A program made the position numbers and the translations under genes. A model generated the notes under the pieces. The model saw only the letters and a program-made list of their open reading frames with translations. It made no database searches and was not told the origin of the DNA. Shown here piece after piece: positions 19,045 through 29,178 of a stretch of DNA of 64,000 nt (within the stretch, counting starts at the first letter, position 1; every line of letters begins with the position of its first letter). Source of the stretch: Promethearchaeia archaeon (lineage in GTDB: Archaea > Asgardarchaeota > Lokiarchaeia > Sigyniarchaeales > SOKP01); the NCBI GenBank assembly GCA_029856145.1, contig JAHQWK010000020.1, positions 84,120-148,119 on the forward strand, given 5' to 3'.

Positions 19045-21431
19045 TTAGTGGTGTTAAAAGGAAGACAACTGCAGTTGAAAGTACCTTCAGATTTTTTCAA
19101 ACTGTTGATTTAATAATTTCTCATTTTAAAAGAGAGGCTGACAAAAATAAAATCTTTGAGCTTATTAGTCAAAAAACAAGTCTTAGTGATTTACTAATTG
19201 CTACTGCAACTATTCATATTTACCACAGTTTAGGAATTCGAGTTCAAAAGCTATTGGATAAGGATAAATTTACTTTTGACTCGACTAAAAAATTAGAACT
19301 CAACGAAAAAAAGACGATTATTGATGAGGTTAATTCGCTATTAAAAAATTCCTTAAACCTTGAAGTAAATCTTCTCAACAAGATAATTGATTTAGAAAAT
19401 ATATTTATTTCTTTTTTGATCGAAGAACGAAAGGAAGAAATTCAAGATATTCAAAAAGAGCGAATGTTAAAAGATCTTGAAGGTCAGTTTGAACAAGAAT
19501 TGCAGGAAATCATTTTGAATTATCCCCAATTTTACTTTTATGATTTAATAGGTGATTTAATTGGTCTTAATAATGAAGTTAAAAAAGATATTTTGGAAGA
19601 ATCTGCTGCTTTTAAGGATATATCTGTTGAATTAGAGAAAAAACTAGAATTAGAAGAAAAAGAAGATAAATTCATAGAATTAGCGACTTTAGATCGACTA
19701 ATAAATAAAATCCAGACCGATTTTGAATTTAAATCATATAAAGAATTACAAATTGAAGCAATGCCCGTAAGAATGATAAAAAGGAGGGTAATAGACTATA
19801 ACTTTAACAGGTTTCCCATTTCAATACCAGGATTGAAGGTATTTATAGAAGCAAATAATCTAAAAAAAGACCTTATTTATAAAATTGAAAGTGCTCTTAA
19901 AGAAAAAATCGATTATGACCAGTTTGAAAAAAATATTCTTAGTTTTTTAAAATTTGCATTAATTAAAAAACTCAAAGAAAATCCAAATGATTTTATCTAC
20001 TTCTTACAAAGCATAAATGAATGTGAATTTGATGATATAATATATACACTAAAAAAATATGGAGTATACAATATTCTACATCTCTTAAATGTTGATGAAG
20101 AGCTTACAGCTAAAGTAAAAAGCAATATAGTTAGATACAATATAAAAAAGCTAGATATTGTATCTTTAAATGACAATAAACAGAACTTAATTTATTTAGC
20201 AAAAAAAGCGATTTCTGAAGGGAATTTCCAACATATCAAAGATACCATAGAAAGATCTGAAGAGATCTCCGAATTTGAATTATTAAATATATTAAAACAA
20301 GATCCAAATAAACATCAAGGTTTGTTAAGAATTTTAGAAGAAAAAGCAGGAATAAATATTAATAACTTGCGACAGTACATTAGAAAAAAGCAGGCCATCG
20401 ATAAAGTCTTTTTAGGTGAGCTAAAATTAAAAAATTATTCTCACATATTATTTATTTTAGAATTTGAAGAGATTTTGAATAAAATAGCAAAAGACATTTT
20501 CTTTTATATTTTATCTAAGATTTTAAGGCAACTTAGCAGAATAATAGAAGTATATTCTAAGGTTTCCAATGACAGATCACTATTCTTATTAGCTTTAAAA
20601 AAAATAGATGGAACAACTGATTCAGAAGAGTGGATTAAAGTAAAACTTGAAGAATTGATAATTAAACGATTAAATAAGAGACAAGAAGAATTGGTTATTG
20701 TATTTAATGCAAACAATCAGCCTTTTTTAGTTAATGGATTTATATTGGCACGATTGATGGAAAAATCTTTAAAAGAAGCGATTTCTGAATTAAGAAATAA
20801 TGGAAGTTTAATATATCAAAATGTTGCTGAATTAAAGTTAAAATCTGATATAATATCTCCAATTTCATATTGCATTGGATATGACATAATTAAAAGATTT
20901 GAAAATTTTGAAGAACGCCGTAAAGCAGAAGTAGAACTTATAATTGAATCTAAAGAAAAACAAAAAGAGGAGAAAGCTAAAAAAATCCGTGAAGTACAAG
21001 AATTAAGTACTTTAAATTGGATTGAACGCAGAATCACAAGTTCTCTAATGAGAATTAATAGCCCCGGAATTAACCCAAATCAATTGTATTGGCAAGAAAA
21101 AGATACAAAAATAGCTACTGATAATATTAAACTTCATAGTGAATTAAAAGGAGAACCTATTGAGTTAATCTCTGAATTTTTTAATTTTACCATAGAAAAA
21201 ATTAGGAATTTTGGTTCAGATATTAAATTACCCGATTATGGAAAAATTAAGGAGATGGTAAATAATATTACTGAAAAAACATTAATGAAAAGACTTAAAA
21301 TCGCTCCTACTCCTGAAGAAAAAAAGAATTTACTCGATGGAGAACGGTATGAAATTGGGAATCAGGTTGCTGTAAAAATTGGTAAGTTACTAGATAAGGC
21401 ATTGTATACTAAATTTAGAAGTAAGAAGTAA
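19026..21431 (+). CDS. Large helical/coiled-coil hypothetical protein (start may be ATG 19041)
   Basis: 801-aa ORF overlapping the previous stop. Confidence 0.85.
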   Translation: MGEGIMISGVKRKTTAVESTFRFFQTVDLIISHFKREADKNKIFELISQKTSLSDLLIATATIHIYHSLGIRVQKLLDKDKFTFDSTKKLELNEKKTIIDEVNSLLKNSLNLEVNLLNKIIDLENIFISFLIEERKEEIQDIQKERMLKDLEGQFEQELQEIILNYPQFYFYDLIGDLIGLNNEVKKDILEESAAFKDISVELEKKLELEEKEDKFIELATLDRLINKIQTDFEFKSYKELQIEAMPVRMIKRRVIDYNFNRFPISIPGLKVFIEANNLKKDLIYKIESALKEKIDYDQFEKNILSFLKFALIKKLKENPNDFIYFLQSINECEFDDIIYTLKKYGVYNILHLLNVDEELTAKVKSNIVRYNIKKLDIVSLNDNKQNLIYLAKKAISEGNFQHIKDTIERSEEISEFELLNILKQDPNKHQGLLRILEEKAGININNLRQYIRKKQAIDKVFLGELKLKNYSHILFILEFEEILNKIAKDIFFYILSKILRQLSRIIEVYSKVSNDRSLFLLALKKIDGTTDSEEWIKVKLEELIIKRLNKRQEELVIVFNANNQPFLVNGFILARLMEKSLKEAISELRNNGSLIYQNVAELKLKSDIISPISYCIGYDIIKRFENFEERRKAEVELIIESKEKQKEEKAKKIREVQELSTLNWIERRITSSLMRINSPGINPNQLYWQEKDTKIATDNIKLHSELKGEPIELISEFFNFTIEKIRNFGSDIKLPDYGKIKEMVNNITEKTLMKRLKIAPTPEEKKNLLDGERYEIGNQVAVKIGKLLDKALYTKFRSKK

Positions 21432-21570
21432 TCTTCTTCAATATAATCTTTATTTTAAATTTTTATTCCCATTTCTAACTTATTATTTTAAAACTTCTTT
21501 TTGAAATAAAAAAGATATTAAAATATTCTTTCCTTAATTTACTAAAATTAGATAGAATTGTTACATTCTT

Positions 21571-21846
21571 ATGGCTTCAGTATTTTCATGGATTAAAAAA
21601 GAAATTGTGTATTTAAAAGATTCCTTTTTCCAAATAGTTAAAGCATTATTTCTTGTTATTTTAGCATCTAGCGGTTTGATATGTGCTATATTCTTAAGAT
21701 ATTTAGGATATAGTGGCACAATCATTTCATTTGTTAGTATTATTATCGAACTTATATCTCTCATTTTGTGTTATTTCTTATTACGGGGATATTTAAAAAC
21801 AAAGGAAAAAACTGAAGCTTCTACATCCAAAGGTAAGAAACTCTAA
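21571..21846 (+). CDS. Small 2-TM membrane protein
   Basis: Two hydrophobic helices and a basic tail. Confidence 0.65.
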   Translation: MASVFSWIKKEIVYLKDSFFQIVKALFLVILASSGLICAIFLRYLGYSGTIISFVSIIIELISLILCYFLLRGYLKTKEKTEASTSKGKKL

Positions 21847-21858
21847 TAATAGAGGAAA

Positions 21859-22587
21859 TTAAATAAAAATTTCCCAGGGTCGCTCATCGATATGCTGGGA
21901 GATCAAATATTCTTTTATATCTTCCTTCAAAATATATGGATCATATTCCCATGCTCCCTGTTTATTAAAAGAAACACATCTAACTTTTTTAAGATTTAAT
22001 TTAGACTTTACTAAAAACCCATACATAGCAACTTGAGGGAGAGAAAGCAAAAAATTTCCTTCTGGTTTATAATCAATCACTTTAACAACATCATTTTCAA
22101 TTTGAATTAAATCAATATGACCTGTTATCGCCACATTTTCTTTTTTACCCCAAATCGGAACCTCTATTGCAACAGCATCTTTATCCTTAATTAAAATGTT
22201 TTTCAAAATTGGTTCATGCCCAGGAACACCCGAGATATTGTTTTCTTGATAATTTTCAAAAACATTTTGAGCATACTTTGGTAATTTTGATTCAGAATCA
22301 GAATACCGAATTTTACCAGATCTAATTAGGTTTTTACTATAACTTCTAATAAAAGCAGATTTAAGACCTTTAATTTTAAATTGAGATACCCTCGGAAATT
22401 CTCTTGAATTAAATAGTCTATTAGGGATTACCCCTTCGTAGACTCTTTTAAAATGGACCTTAAGCCTATTTAATTCTTCTCGATTAGTAATAATTTGAGA
22501 GTATTTTTCTTTATGATGCTCCTTATTCCAATTAAAAGAATAAGGAATATTTTGATGGATATATGTCTTTATCTTAAGTTTAAACAA
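21859..22587 (-). CDS. PD-(D/E)XK nuclease family protein
   Basis: 'IEVPIW...ITGHIDL...VIDYKP...QVAMYG'. Confidence 0.85.
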   Translation of the reverse strand: MFKLKIKTYIHQNIPYSFNWNKEHHKEKYSQIITNREELNRLKVHFKRVYEGVIPNRLFNSREFPRVSQFKIKGLKSAFIRSYSKNLIRSGKIRYSDSESKLPKYAQNVFENYQENNISGVPGHEPILKNILIKDKDAVAIEVPIWGKKENVAITGHIDLIQIENDVVKVIDYKPEGNFLLSLPQVAMYGFLVKSKLNLKKVRCVSFNKQGAWEYDPYILKEDIKEYLISQHIDERPWEIFI

Positions 22588-22914
22588 TATAAATACTCTC
22601 TCTTAATTTACCAAATCTATATAATACAATTAATATAAATTCTAAATTTAATTAAAGAATTTCACTTATTAAAAACAATGTGTTAACAATTTATTAATTT
22701 ATTAAATTTACTTTGACCATATCTCCCGACATAAAATAGTAAGGAAACTTGAGATATCTGTAATTTGTAATTTAGAGAAATCTACCCAAATACTAAACTT
22801 TTAAATATATTATTGGTAATATTTTAACGAAGAATAAGAATTGAATTGCATTGACTGTAATTAATTATTTGAGCCTAATCACTATAGAAAGGGATAAAAA
22901 ATAGCAGGATTCTT

Positions 22915-25900
22915 ATGAATACTCTGAATTTAGATATTTTAATTAACATGCTAAATGACACCTTAGCAAAGGATGTTAACCAAATATTCAGTAATCTCTT
23001 AAATGAAATTCAGAATTATTTAGATTTAGTTCCAATCAGTCCAAATATAATAATCATTATTACAGATGAGCTAAAGGAATATTCAAAAAAATTTTTTAGT
23101 CTTGGAGTAAGGAGAACACTGATAAATAATCAAACTCAGATAGAAATTTCAGAAAAATATTTAAAATTTTTACATTTTATCCTACTAAGAGAAGCTTACT
23201 TAAATTTTGTCCCATATGAATTAAGAGAGAAACAGATTATCCAAATTGTTATTCATGAAATAATAGAAAGTGATCTTTTTAAACTAGGGGTGATTAGTGA
23301 ATGGAAAGAGCTAGTTCGAAGTAATATAATCAATTATGACTTTTTATCATCTCAATTTGATAAACTCGATAAGTTTTTTAAGCTTGAAGCAACAGAAACG
23401 ACTCAAAGTCCTACACAATTCTTTTTTGAATTTATTCGCAGGAATGTTTCTGTAATTCATGATAAGATGGATGATTTTTATGATATTCTTTATGAAGAAT
23501 TTATCTATAAAACTTCAAAATCTCTCTATAATGATGCGATTGTAGAAACAATAAGAGTTCTTGTAAAAATTTTTTACCAAGTAAAATTTTTTAAAAATTA
23601 CAGTGAGTTTGAAGACCATTTTATTGAACTTAAGGAGAAGGGGATTATCTCTACTAATTTAAGTAAGAGAAAGTTTAGCGAAAATTTACGTTTGATTAAT
23701 AAATATACTATAATATCTCCTTCATATAAGCTAAACTATCATAAAGTAAACATAGTTGTAGCTATTACTGTTCTAAAGTTTAATCCTATTTTAGATCGAA
23801 AAGATATTTATTATTTCTTAGACAGAATCCCTTTTTTACATAATCCTATTTTTACGAAAAACGGATTTTCTGAGGAAATCTATTGTTATTTTGTTATACC
23901 TAAAATTTATTTAAAAGATTTATTGAAATTTATTGAAAAACTAAAAAATTTTGGTTATATTATTAATAAAGAATGCTATATCTGGAAAGCGTATAATAAC
24001 AACCTAAACTTGAACTATTTTAGGGAATACTTTAAAGCATTAAATAAAATCATAAATCCAAATCATGTGGAGTATGATGATAGATTTGAGCTTAAATTCT
24101 TAGATCTATATGATGAGCCTCATAAATTAATTGATCTTAATTTATTAGAATGGGTTATATTTGAAAGAGTTGCACAGTCTAGTCCCACAGGTATGGGTTT
24201 CGGACGTAGAGCAGACATACTTCAGTCACTTAAGGACGAAATGTTAAATTATATTGAAAGTGAAAGAGTTCTAATAATAAATTTAAGGGATTCTCTTAGT
24301 GTATTTTATAAAAAACCACAATTAAAAAAGGAGCTACTTGATTTTTTAGATAGCAATCAGAAGTTTGGTTTTTTTTATATAAATGATATGCTTCAGCAAA
24401 TATTTAAATACTTAGATGCAATTAAAAAGTTAATAAAAAGAAATCCTGAAATTAAGACTATAAGTAAACTCCAGGAGTTTCTAAGATTTCACCAATTTTC
24501 TCAGTTGATGGAAGAAAATATTTCTTTCAAAAATAAAGATATTCAATCAATAGTATTTAGAGATTTCATTCCATTATTTTTTAAATCATTTCAAGAATTT
24601 AGAAAATTAGAAGAAAAATATGGTTTTATCTATAATTTCTTTGAAGCTTGTAGAAAGTTAAAAATATATAGTTTCGATTTGATGAGACGAATCATTAGAG
24701 ATGAACAATTAGTTAAAAAAATTTATTATACAAAAGAAAAAAAACTTAAAGGATCTTTTGAGAAATTTAAACCATATAAAATTACTAACCAAATGCTCAA
24801 TTCCACATTTATAAAATTTCTAGATGCAAACTTAATTTCCCCTCAACTGATTAATACTATAACAACAAGTTCATTTGCCAAATATCATCCCGTTCTGCTA
24901 TTAAAAGACACAATTAATGTTAACAATCAAATAGCAAAGATTATAAAATATTTTCCAAGAGTGTTTTTAGAAAAAGTTAGGAATTTATTCACAAATGAAT
25001 CCTTTATAGTATTATTTACTTATTTCCTAAATATTAAAGAAAAAGATTTATTTTGTTCGATTCTATACCGCATTTTTAAGGAAAATATTGTTAGTTTTAA
25101 GAGATACTTTACAAGTGGTTTATCACCTTTTGTATTAATCAAAGATTTTTATGATTTTGATAGAAATAAGTTTTTTTATACAAAGGATTTATTTGAGGAA
25201 AGTCTTCTTTATATACAAAAAATATTAGGGGATCCTTTAAATCCGCTTCAGGATATTAAAACAACTAATCAAGAAAGATTTTGGTCTAAAGATCAAAATA
25301 TTATCAATTTAGTAAAAGCTGTTGATAGTCGTGTTTCACATGAACAACCTGACTTCAATTTCAATAGGTTAAATAAATTGATTGAATTCAATCGTAGTCT
25401 TAAAACAATACTTCTTAATCCAGAAAAATTTAAAAATTGTCAACGGGCAAATTTTTTTAAGAATTTTATTAAATCGATAAAATTCATCCCAAATTTTCAA
25501 GCTTTTGGCCTAAATCAATATTTCTTATACATTCGTCCTTCAAATATAGATGAAATAGATTTTAAGCATCTTCTAATTAATACTTTTCAGTCTATTAAAT
25601 ATCCAACAGTAATAGATGATACAAACTCTTTTTTAATTAAATACATATTTCCTTATCGCAATCCCAATATGAAACATCTGAACTGGTATTTAAAAACAAA
25701 ACTTATAATACAGGAGTATTGTCTCTTTTCTTTTAAAAAAATAATTCAAATTTTCAATTTTAATTATAACCTGAATGCTAATGGATGGAATTATGATTCA
25801 AATAGATTCAAAATATACATGCAGAATATACTTTTTAATCCAGATTATGAATTAGATTTTTCTAAAATACGACAGTTAAATATGATCGATCCATCAAAAC

Positions 25901-26535
25901 AAAATTCTATTGGATCTAATTCAATATTTTTCAAATTATTATTTGAAATTTACACTTGGAAAGCTGTAGATATAAAATCAATCTTAGGTACGCGGAAATA
26001 TTCAATTATTAATAATATTACAACACTAATTGCTAAAAATTTAATTTTTCCCTATATCTCATTGAAAAATTTAGAGTTCCAGGATAAAATCTACATAATT
26101 TTACCTAATGTAAAAGAAGAACTGAATCAAACCATCATAAAAATTTTTAACTTCTTTAACTATGGTTTTATTTATGAAATAGAAGGAGATTATTATATCC
26201 ATGGCTTTGCAGAACAAATTAGATTTGAAAATGGATTGATGATAAAAATATATTTTCCACAATCTGAGGTTGATGAATTTCTAAAAGTTTTTGATTTACT
26301 ATTTCATTATTTAGAAATCAATAATTATATCATTTTAACAGATTTAACATCTAGCAAAAATTTCCTAAACTGGATTTTTGGAGATTTAAGTTTTCTAGAC
26401 TCTTATAATCCTTTAATCAATTTAAAGTGGAGTAGTAAAGATAAAATTTGGTTAAATCATAAACTTTATACCGAAAAATTTGAGAAAATTTATCCCGATC
26501 TTTTTTATGGAGAGAAAAAATATCATTCACTTTGA
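22915..26535 (+). CDS. Giant uncharacterised protein, possibly tandem Lrp/AsnC-like (HTH+RAM) modules
   Basis: 1206-aa ORF; repeated linker-like motifs (SPSYKLNYHKVNI, IPNFQAFGLNQYFL, FPYISLKNLEFQ). Confidence 0.8.
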   Translation: MNTLNLDILINMLNDTLAKDVNQIFSNLLNEIQNYLDLVPISPNIIIIITDELKEYSKKFFSLGVRRTLINNQTQIEISEKYLKFLHFILLREAYLNFVPYELREKQIIQIVIHEIIESDLFKLGVISEWKELVRSNIINYDFLSSQFDKLDKFFKLEATETTQSPTQFFFEFIRRNVSVIHDKMDDFYDILYEEFIYKTSKSLYNDAIVETIRVLVKIFYQVKFFKNYSEFEDHFIELKEKGIISTNLSKRKFSENLRLINKYTIISPSYKLNYHKVNIVVAITVLKFNPILDRKDIYYFLDRIPFLHNPIFTKNGFSEEIYCYFVIPKIYLKDLLKFIEKLKNFGYIINKECYIWKAYNNNLNLNYFREYFKALNKIINPNHVEYDDRFELKFLDLYDEPHKLIDLNLLEWVIFERVAQSSPTGMGFGRRADILQSLKDEMLNYIESERVLIINLRDSLSVFYKKPQLKKELLDFLDSNQKFGFFYINDMLQQIFKYLDAIKKLIKRNPEIKTISKLQEFLRFHQFSQLMEENISFKNKDIQSIVFRDFIPLFFKSFQEFRKLEEKYGFIYNFFEACRKLKIYSFDLMRRIIRDEQLVKKIYYTKEKKLKGSFEKFKPYKITNQMLNSTFIKFLDANLISPQLINTITTSSFAKYHPVLLLKDTINVNNQIAKIIKYFPRVFLEKVRNLFTNESFIVLFTYFLNIKEKDLFCSILYRIFKENIVSFKRYFTSGLSPFVLIKDFYDFDRNKFFYTKDLFEESLLYIQKILGDPLNPLQDIKTTNQERFWSKDQNIINLVKAVDSRVSHEQPDFNFNRLNKLIEFNRSLKTILLNPEKFKNCQRANFFKNFIKSIKFIPNFQAFGLNQYFLYIRPSNIDEIDFKHLLINTFQSIKYPTVIDDTNSFLIKYIFPYRNPNMKHLNWYLKTKLIIQEYCLFSFKKIIQIFNFNYNLNANGWNYDSNRFKIYMQNILFNPDYELDFSKIRQLNMIDPSKQNSIGSNSIFFKLLFEIYTWKAVDIKSILGTRKYSIINNITTLIAKNLIFPYISLKNLEFQDKIYIILPNVKEELNQTIIKIFNFFNYGFIYEIEGDYYIHGFAEQIRFENGLMIKIYFPQSEVDEFLKVFDLLFHYLEINNYIILTDLTSSKNFLNWIFGDLSFLDSYNPLINLKWSSKDKIWLNHKLYTEKFEKIYPDLFYGEKKYHSL

Positions 26536-26619
26536 AAAAATTTCTCATAAGAAACTTTTCTCTTAAATCTTACTTTAAAATGGTTATAAAAATTTGGTCA
26601 ATTTATAATTTCAGTGTTG

Positions 26620-26626
26620 TTTAAAA
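26620..26626 (+). promoter_or_regulatory. Putative TATA box of micro-gene copy 1
   Basis: AGTGTTG-TTTAAAA, 31 nt before ATG 26651; mirrored in copy 2. Confidence 0.45.
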
Positions 26627-26648
26627 GGGTAACTAGAGATTAATTTTT

Positions 26649-26690
26649 GTATGCCAGGTGCTCATGAAGGTCACCCGATCATGTAAAGTC
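26649..26690 (+). repeat. 42-bp element copy 1 (micro-ORF MPGAHEGHPIM* at 26651-26686)
   Basis: GTATGCCAGGTGCTCATGAAGGTCACCCGATCATGTAAAGTC, identical to 27323-27364. Confidence 0.97.
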
Positions 26691-26743
26691 TACCAGTTTT
26701 GCAATGTCTTTATGGATGGACATTTACATTCTATTTCTTTTTT
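26681..26743 (+). terminator. Hairpin and T-tract after micro-gene copy 1
   Basis: ATGTAAA-GTC...GAC-A-TTTACAT followed by TCTATTTCTTTTTT. Confidence 0.5.
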
Positions 26744-26801
26744 ATCTTATAAAGTGGTAATAAAATAGTGGAGAGAAATAACTCTACAAGATTGTAAAAT
26801 C

Positions 26802-27101
26802 AAAAATGGTCTATGGATAAAATTGAATTTGCCACAATACGAACTTGATGAATTCCTTAGACTTTTTGATTTGTTATTTGAATATTTAGAAATCAAAGAT
26901 TACATAATATTAACGGATTTAACTAATGGTAAAAGTCTTTTAAAAGGAATTTATGGAAGTTTAAATTTTTTAGAATCTTTCAATCCACTGGTCAATTTAA
27001 AATGGAATGAAAAGGATAAAATCTGGATGAACCATAAATTATATACAGAAAAATTTAAAAAAATTTATCCAGACCTTTTTTATGGGGTAAAAATTCAATA
27101 G
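26802..27101 (+). pseudogene. 5'-truncated paralog of the C-terminus of 22915..26535
   Basis: About 70% aa identity over ~94 residues by manual alignment; homology starts abruptly at 'KNGLWIK'. Confidence 0.88.
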
Positions 27102-27295
27102 AAATGTAGAAAAAATAAATGAAAGTGAGATAAACTATTCTCATATAATTTTTATTAATAATTTTCTTTTTCCGGCTTAGATTTTATTTTAGGTTTTAAA
27201 TCTATGTTGTTTAAAATAGTTTAATTCTCAGAAATTAAATTTTTATTATAGTCTATCAAAATTTTCATTTCAAGATAATATATTTTTTAGTGAGG

Positions 27296-27302
27296 TTTAA
27301 AA
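27296..27302 (+). promoter_or_regulatory. Putative TATA box of micro-gene copy 2
   Basis: AGTGAGG-TTTAAAA, 29 nt before ATG 27325. Confidence 0.45.
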
Positions 27303-27322
27303 AAAAGAAATCAGATGTATTA

Positions 27323-27364
27323 GTATGCCAGGTGCTCATGAAGGTCACCCGATCATGTAAAGTC
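27323..27364 (+). repeat. 42-bp element copy 2 (micro-ORF MPGAHEGHPIM* at 27325-27360)
   Basis: Identical to 26649-26690. Confidence 0.97.
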
Positions 27365-27399
27365 CTTAGGGACTTTAATATTCTATTTTTTCTTTTTCC
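27358..27399 (+). terminator. Hairpin and T-tract after micro-gene copy 2
   Basis: TAAAGTCC-TTAG-GGACTTTA followed by ATATTCTATTTTTTCTTTTT. Confidence 0.6.
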
Positions 27400-27452
27400 T
27401 TTATTAAAAAAATTTAATATTTTCTAAGAACTTTCCTTAATTTTTAATTTTC

Positions 27453-28766
27453 TTAAACCTGATTAAAATTCTTTGGTTTTATAGCAAATTTAGATGAAAA
27501 AAGAAAAACAATTGATATTGATGTAAGTGAAACAACCGTAATGATCAAGATATCCATTGATACATATTGAGACAGAAATGTTCCGAGGGGTAAAAGGGTT
27601 ATACTGGCTAAATTTGAGGATAATGACATAATCCAATATCGCAGATTCTCATTTTTTCCAGTTCTGGAAATCTGCAGAAAAATATTCGTATATAATACCA
27701 CAAATAACCCGCCTAGGAGGTTAATAAAGGAATATATTAATACCAAGATCATTATGTTTGAGAATAGTAGCAGAACTAAACTAAATATATAAATTAAAGT
27801 TAAATACACTATAGTTTGTAATACACTTTTATTTTGAATAATATTCGGGTCTTTTTTTAAATCTATGATATTTAGTATCTTCTTAGCTAAATAAAACCCC
27901 ATTATATTAAAAACCGTAAAAATAATATAAAAATCTGAATATAAAGAAAAGCCTTCCTCTCCAAATCGGGAAAGAATGTAAGAACTAAAAGGATAAGCTA
28001 TTAATTTATCGCTCCATAAAAAAAAATAAGCTATAAATATAAAGGTAATAGCAAAAGGTGAAAAGATTAGTAAATTATTCTGATTTTGAAAGGCCTTCAT
28101 AGAAGGTTCTTGATTTGGCACTTTGGAGGAAGATTTCTTCATAAAAATGAATATTAATAATAAGGGGGAGGTTATTAACCATCCTACTACAAAGAAAATG
28201 TTCCAAAAATCTATAGAATCAATTTCTTTAACACAAAGTTTGAAAAGAAATGAGGAAAGTAATATACCTATTGAGGAGCAAGTATTGATTAATATAATTA
28301 TATTTCGTTCACTTTTTTTATCGGGAGACTCTAAAAGTAGTTTTGACATCCCTGTTCTAATTACTGCTTGACTTATTAGAAATAGAACTAAGAAAATAGC
28401 ATAACTAAGAAGAGATTGATTATATATAATAAACATTAAGAAGCTTAAAGATAGAACAAAACTAAAGGAGGTTATTATCTTGTTCTTATACTTTGAATAT
28501 TTATCAAAAAAAAGTCCCAATGCGGGGAATGAAAACAAAACTAAATATGATAAACTCTGTATTAGTGATAAACTGGATCTATCTACATTTAAAACATCGA
28601 AATGAAATAAAGGGATATAAACAAGGACGTAGATTTGAATCAAGCTAATGATGAAATAAACTAATGAGAATACGACATAATTGTTCTTACTATTTTTTAT
28701 TTTTTTTAGGGCTTTTTGAATATTTTCCCTACTAAATTTTTTCTCCAATTTTTCGTGAGTGAGCAT
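27453..28766 (-). CDS. MFS transporter
   Basis: About 12 TM helices in two halves; 'GLFFDKY' motif-A-like sequence. Confidence 0.8.
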   Translation of the reverse strand: MLTHEKLEKKFSRENIQKALKKIKNSKNNYVVFSLVYFIISLIQIYVLVYIPLFHFDVLNVDRSSLSLIQSLSYLVLFSFPALGLFFDKYSKYKNKIITSFSFVLSLSFLMFIIYNQSLLSYAIFLVLFLISQAVIRTGMSKLLLESPDKKSERNIIILINTCSSIGILLSSFLFKLCVKEIDSIDFWNIFFVVGWLITSPLLLIFIFMKKSSSKVPNQEPSMKAFQNQNNLLIFSPFAITFIFIAYFFLWSDKLIAYPFSSYILSRFGEEGFSLYSDFYIIFTVFNIMGFYLAKKILNIIDLKKDPNIIQNKSVLQTIVYLTLIYIFSLVLLLFSNIMILVLIYSFINLLGGLFVVLYTNIFLQISRTGKNENLRYWIMSLSSNLASITLLPLGTFLSQYVSMDILIITVVSLTSISIVFLFSSKFAIKPKNFNQV

Positions 28767-28869
28767 ATCACTTTATTTCAGAAGATATAATTAAACCAAT
28801 TGAAATTTTTATATTGGGCATATCGATTTTTGTATTGCGGTTTAAAAAGATAATTTTAGATAAAATTAC

Positions 28870-29010
28870 ATGAATTTATTTAAATGTCCTAATTGTAGAT
28901 TATGTATAGATTTTGACATCTTATTCAAAAAAGAGCTATGTCCTATGTGTGGTATGCCTTTAGACTATTGTATTGATAAGAACCCACCTAATATTGATAA
29001 GAAGTGTTAA
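28870..29010 (+). CDS. 46-aa Zn-ribbon microprotein
   Basis: MNLFKCPNCRLCIDFDILFKKELCPMCGMPLDYC...; below the ORF-track cutoff. Confidence 0.7.
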   Translation: MNLFKCPNCRLCIDFDILFKKELCPMCGMPLDYCIDKNPPNIDKKC

Positions 29011-29178
29011 TTTTGAAGATATCTCAGAGACCAATTTAATATATAAATAGATTTTTTCCCATAGCTTTTTTAGAAATCTGCAAAATCTAAAAACCAATTG
29101 AAAGCTTAAGGCTTCAAGACACAATTAAATCCTCTAAATTTAACTAAGATTTATATCTTAATAATTTAAAAAAAAAAT

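Noticed and set aside
21859-22587. Nuclease as Cas4 or a transposase
   Set aside because: No FeS cysteines, array, terminal repeats or DDE motif
26649-27364. 42-bp repeat as a CRISPR repeat, integron attC, tRNA att site or SECIS
   Set aside because: Only two copies 674 bp apart and no cas genes; no RYYYAAC/GTTRRRY ends; no match to tRNAs in the window; helix too short for a SECIS and no in-frame Sec codon identified upstream
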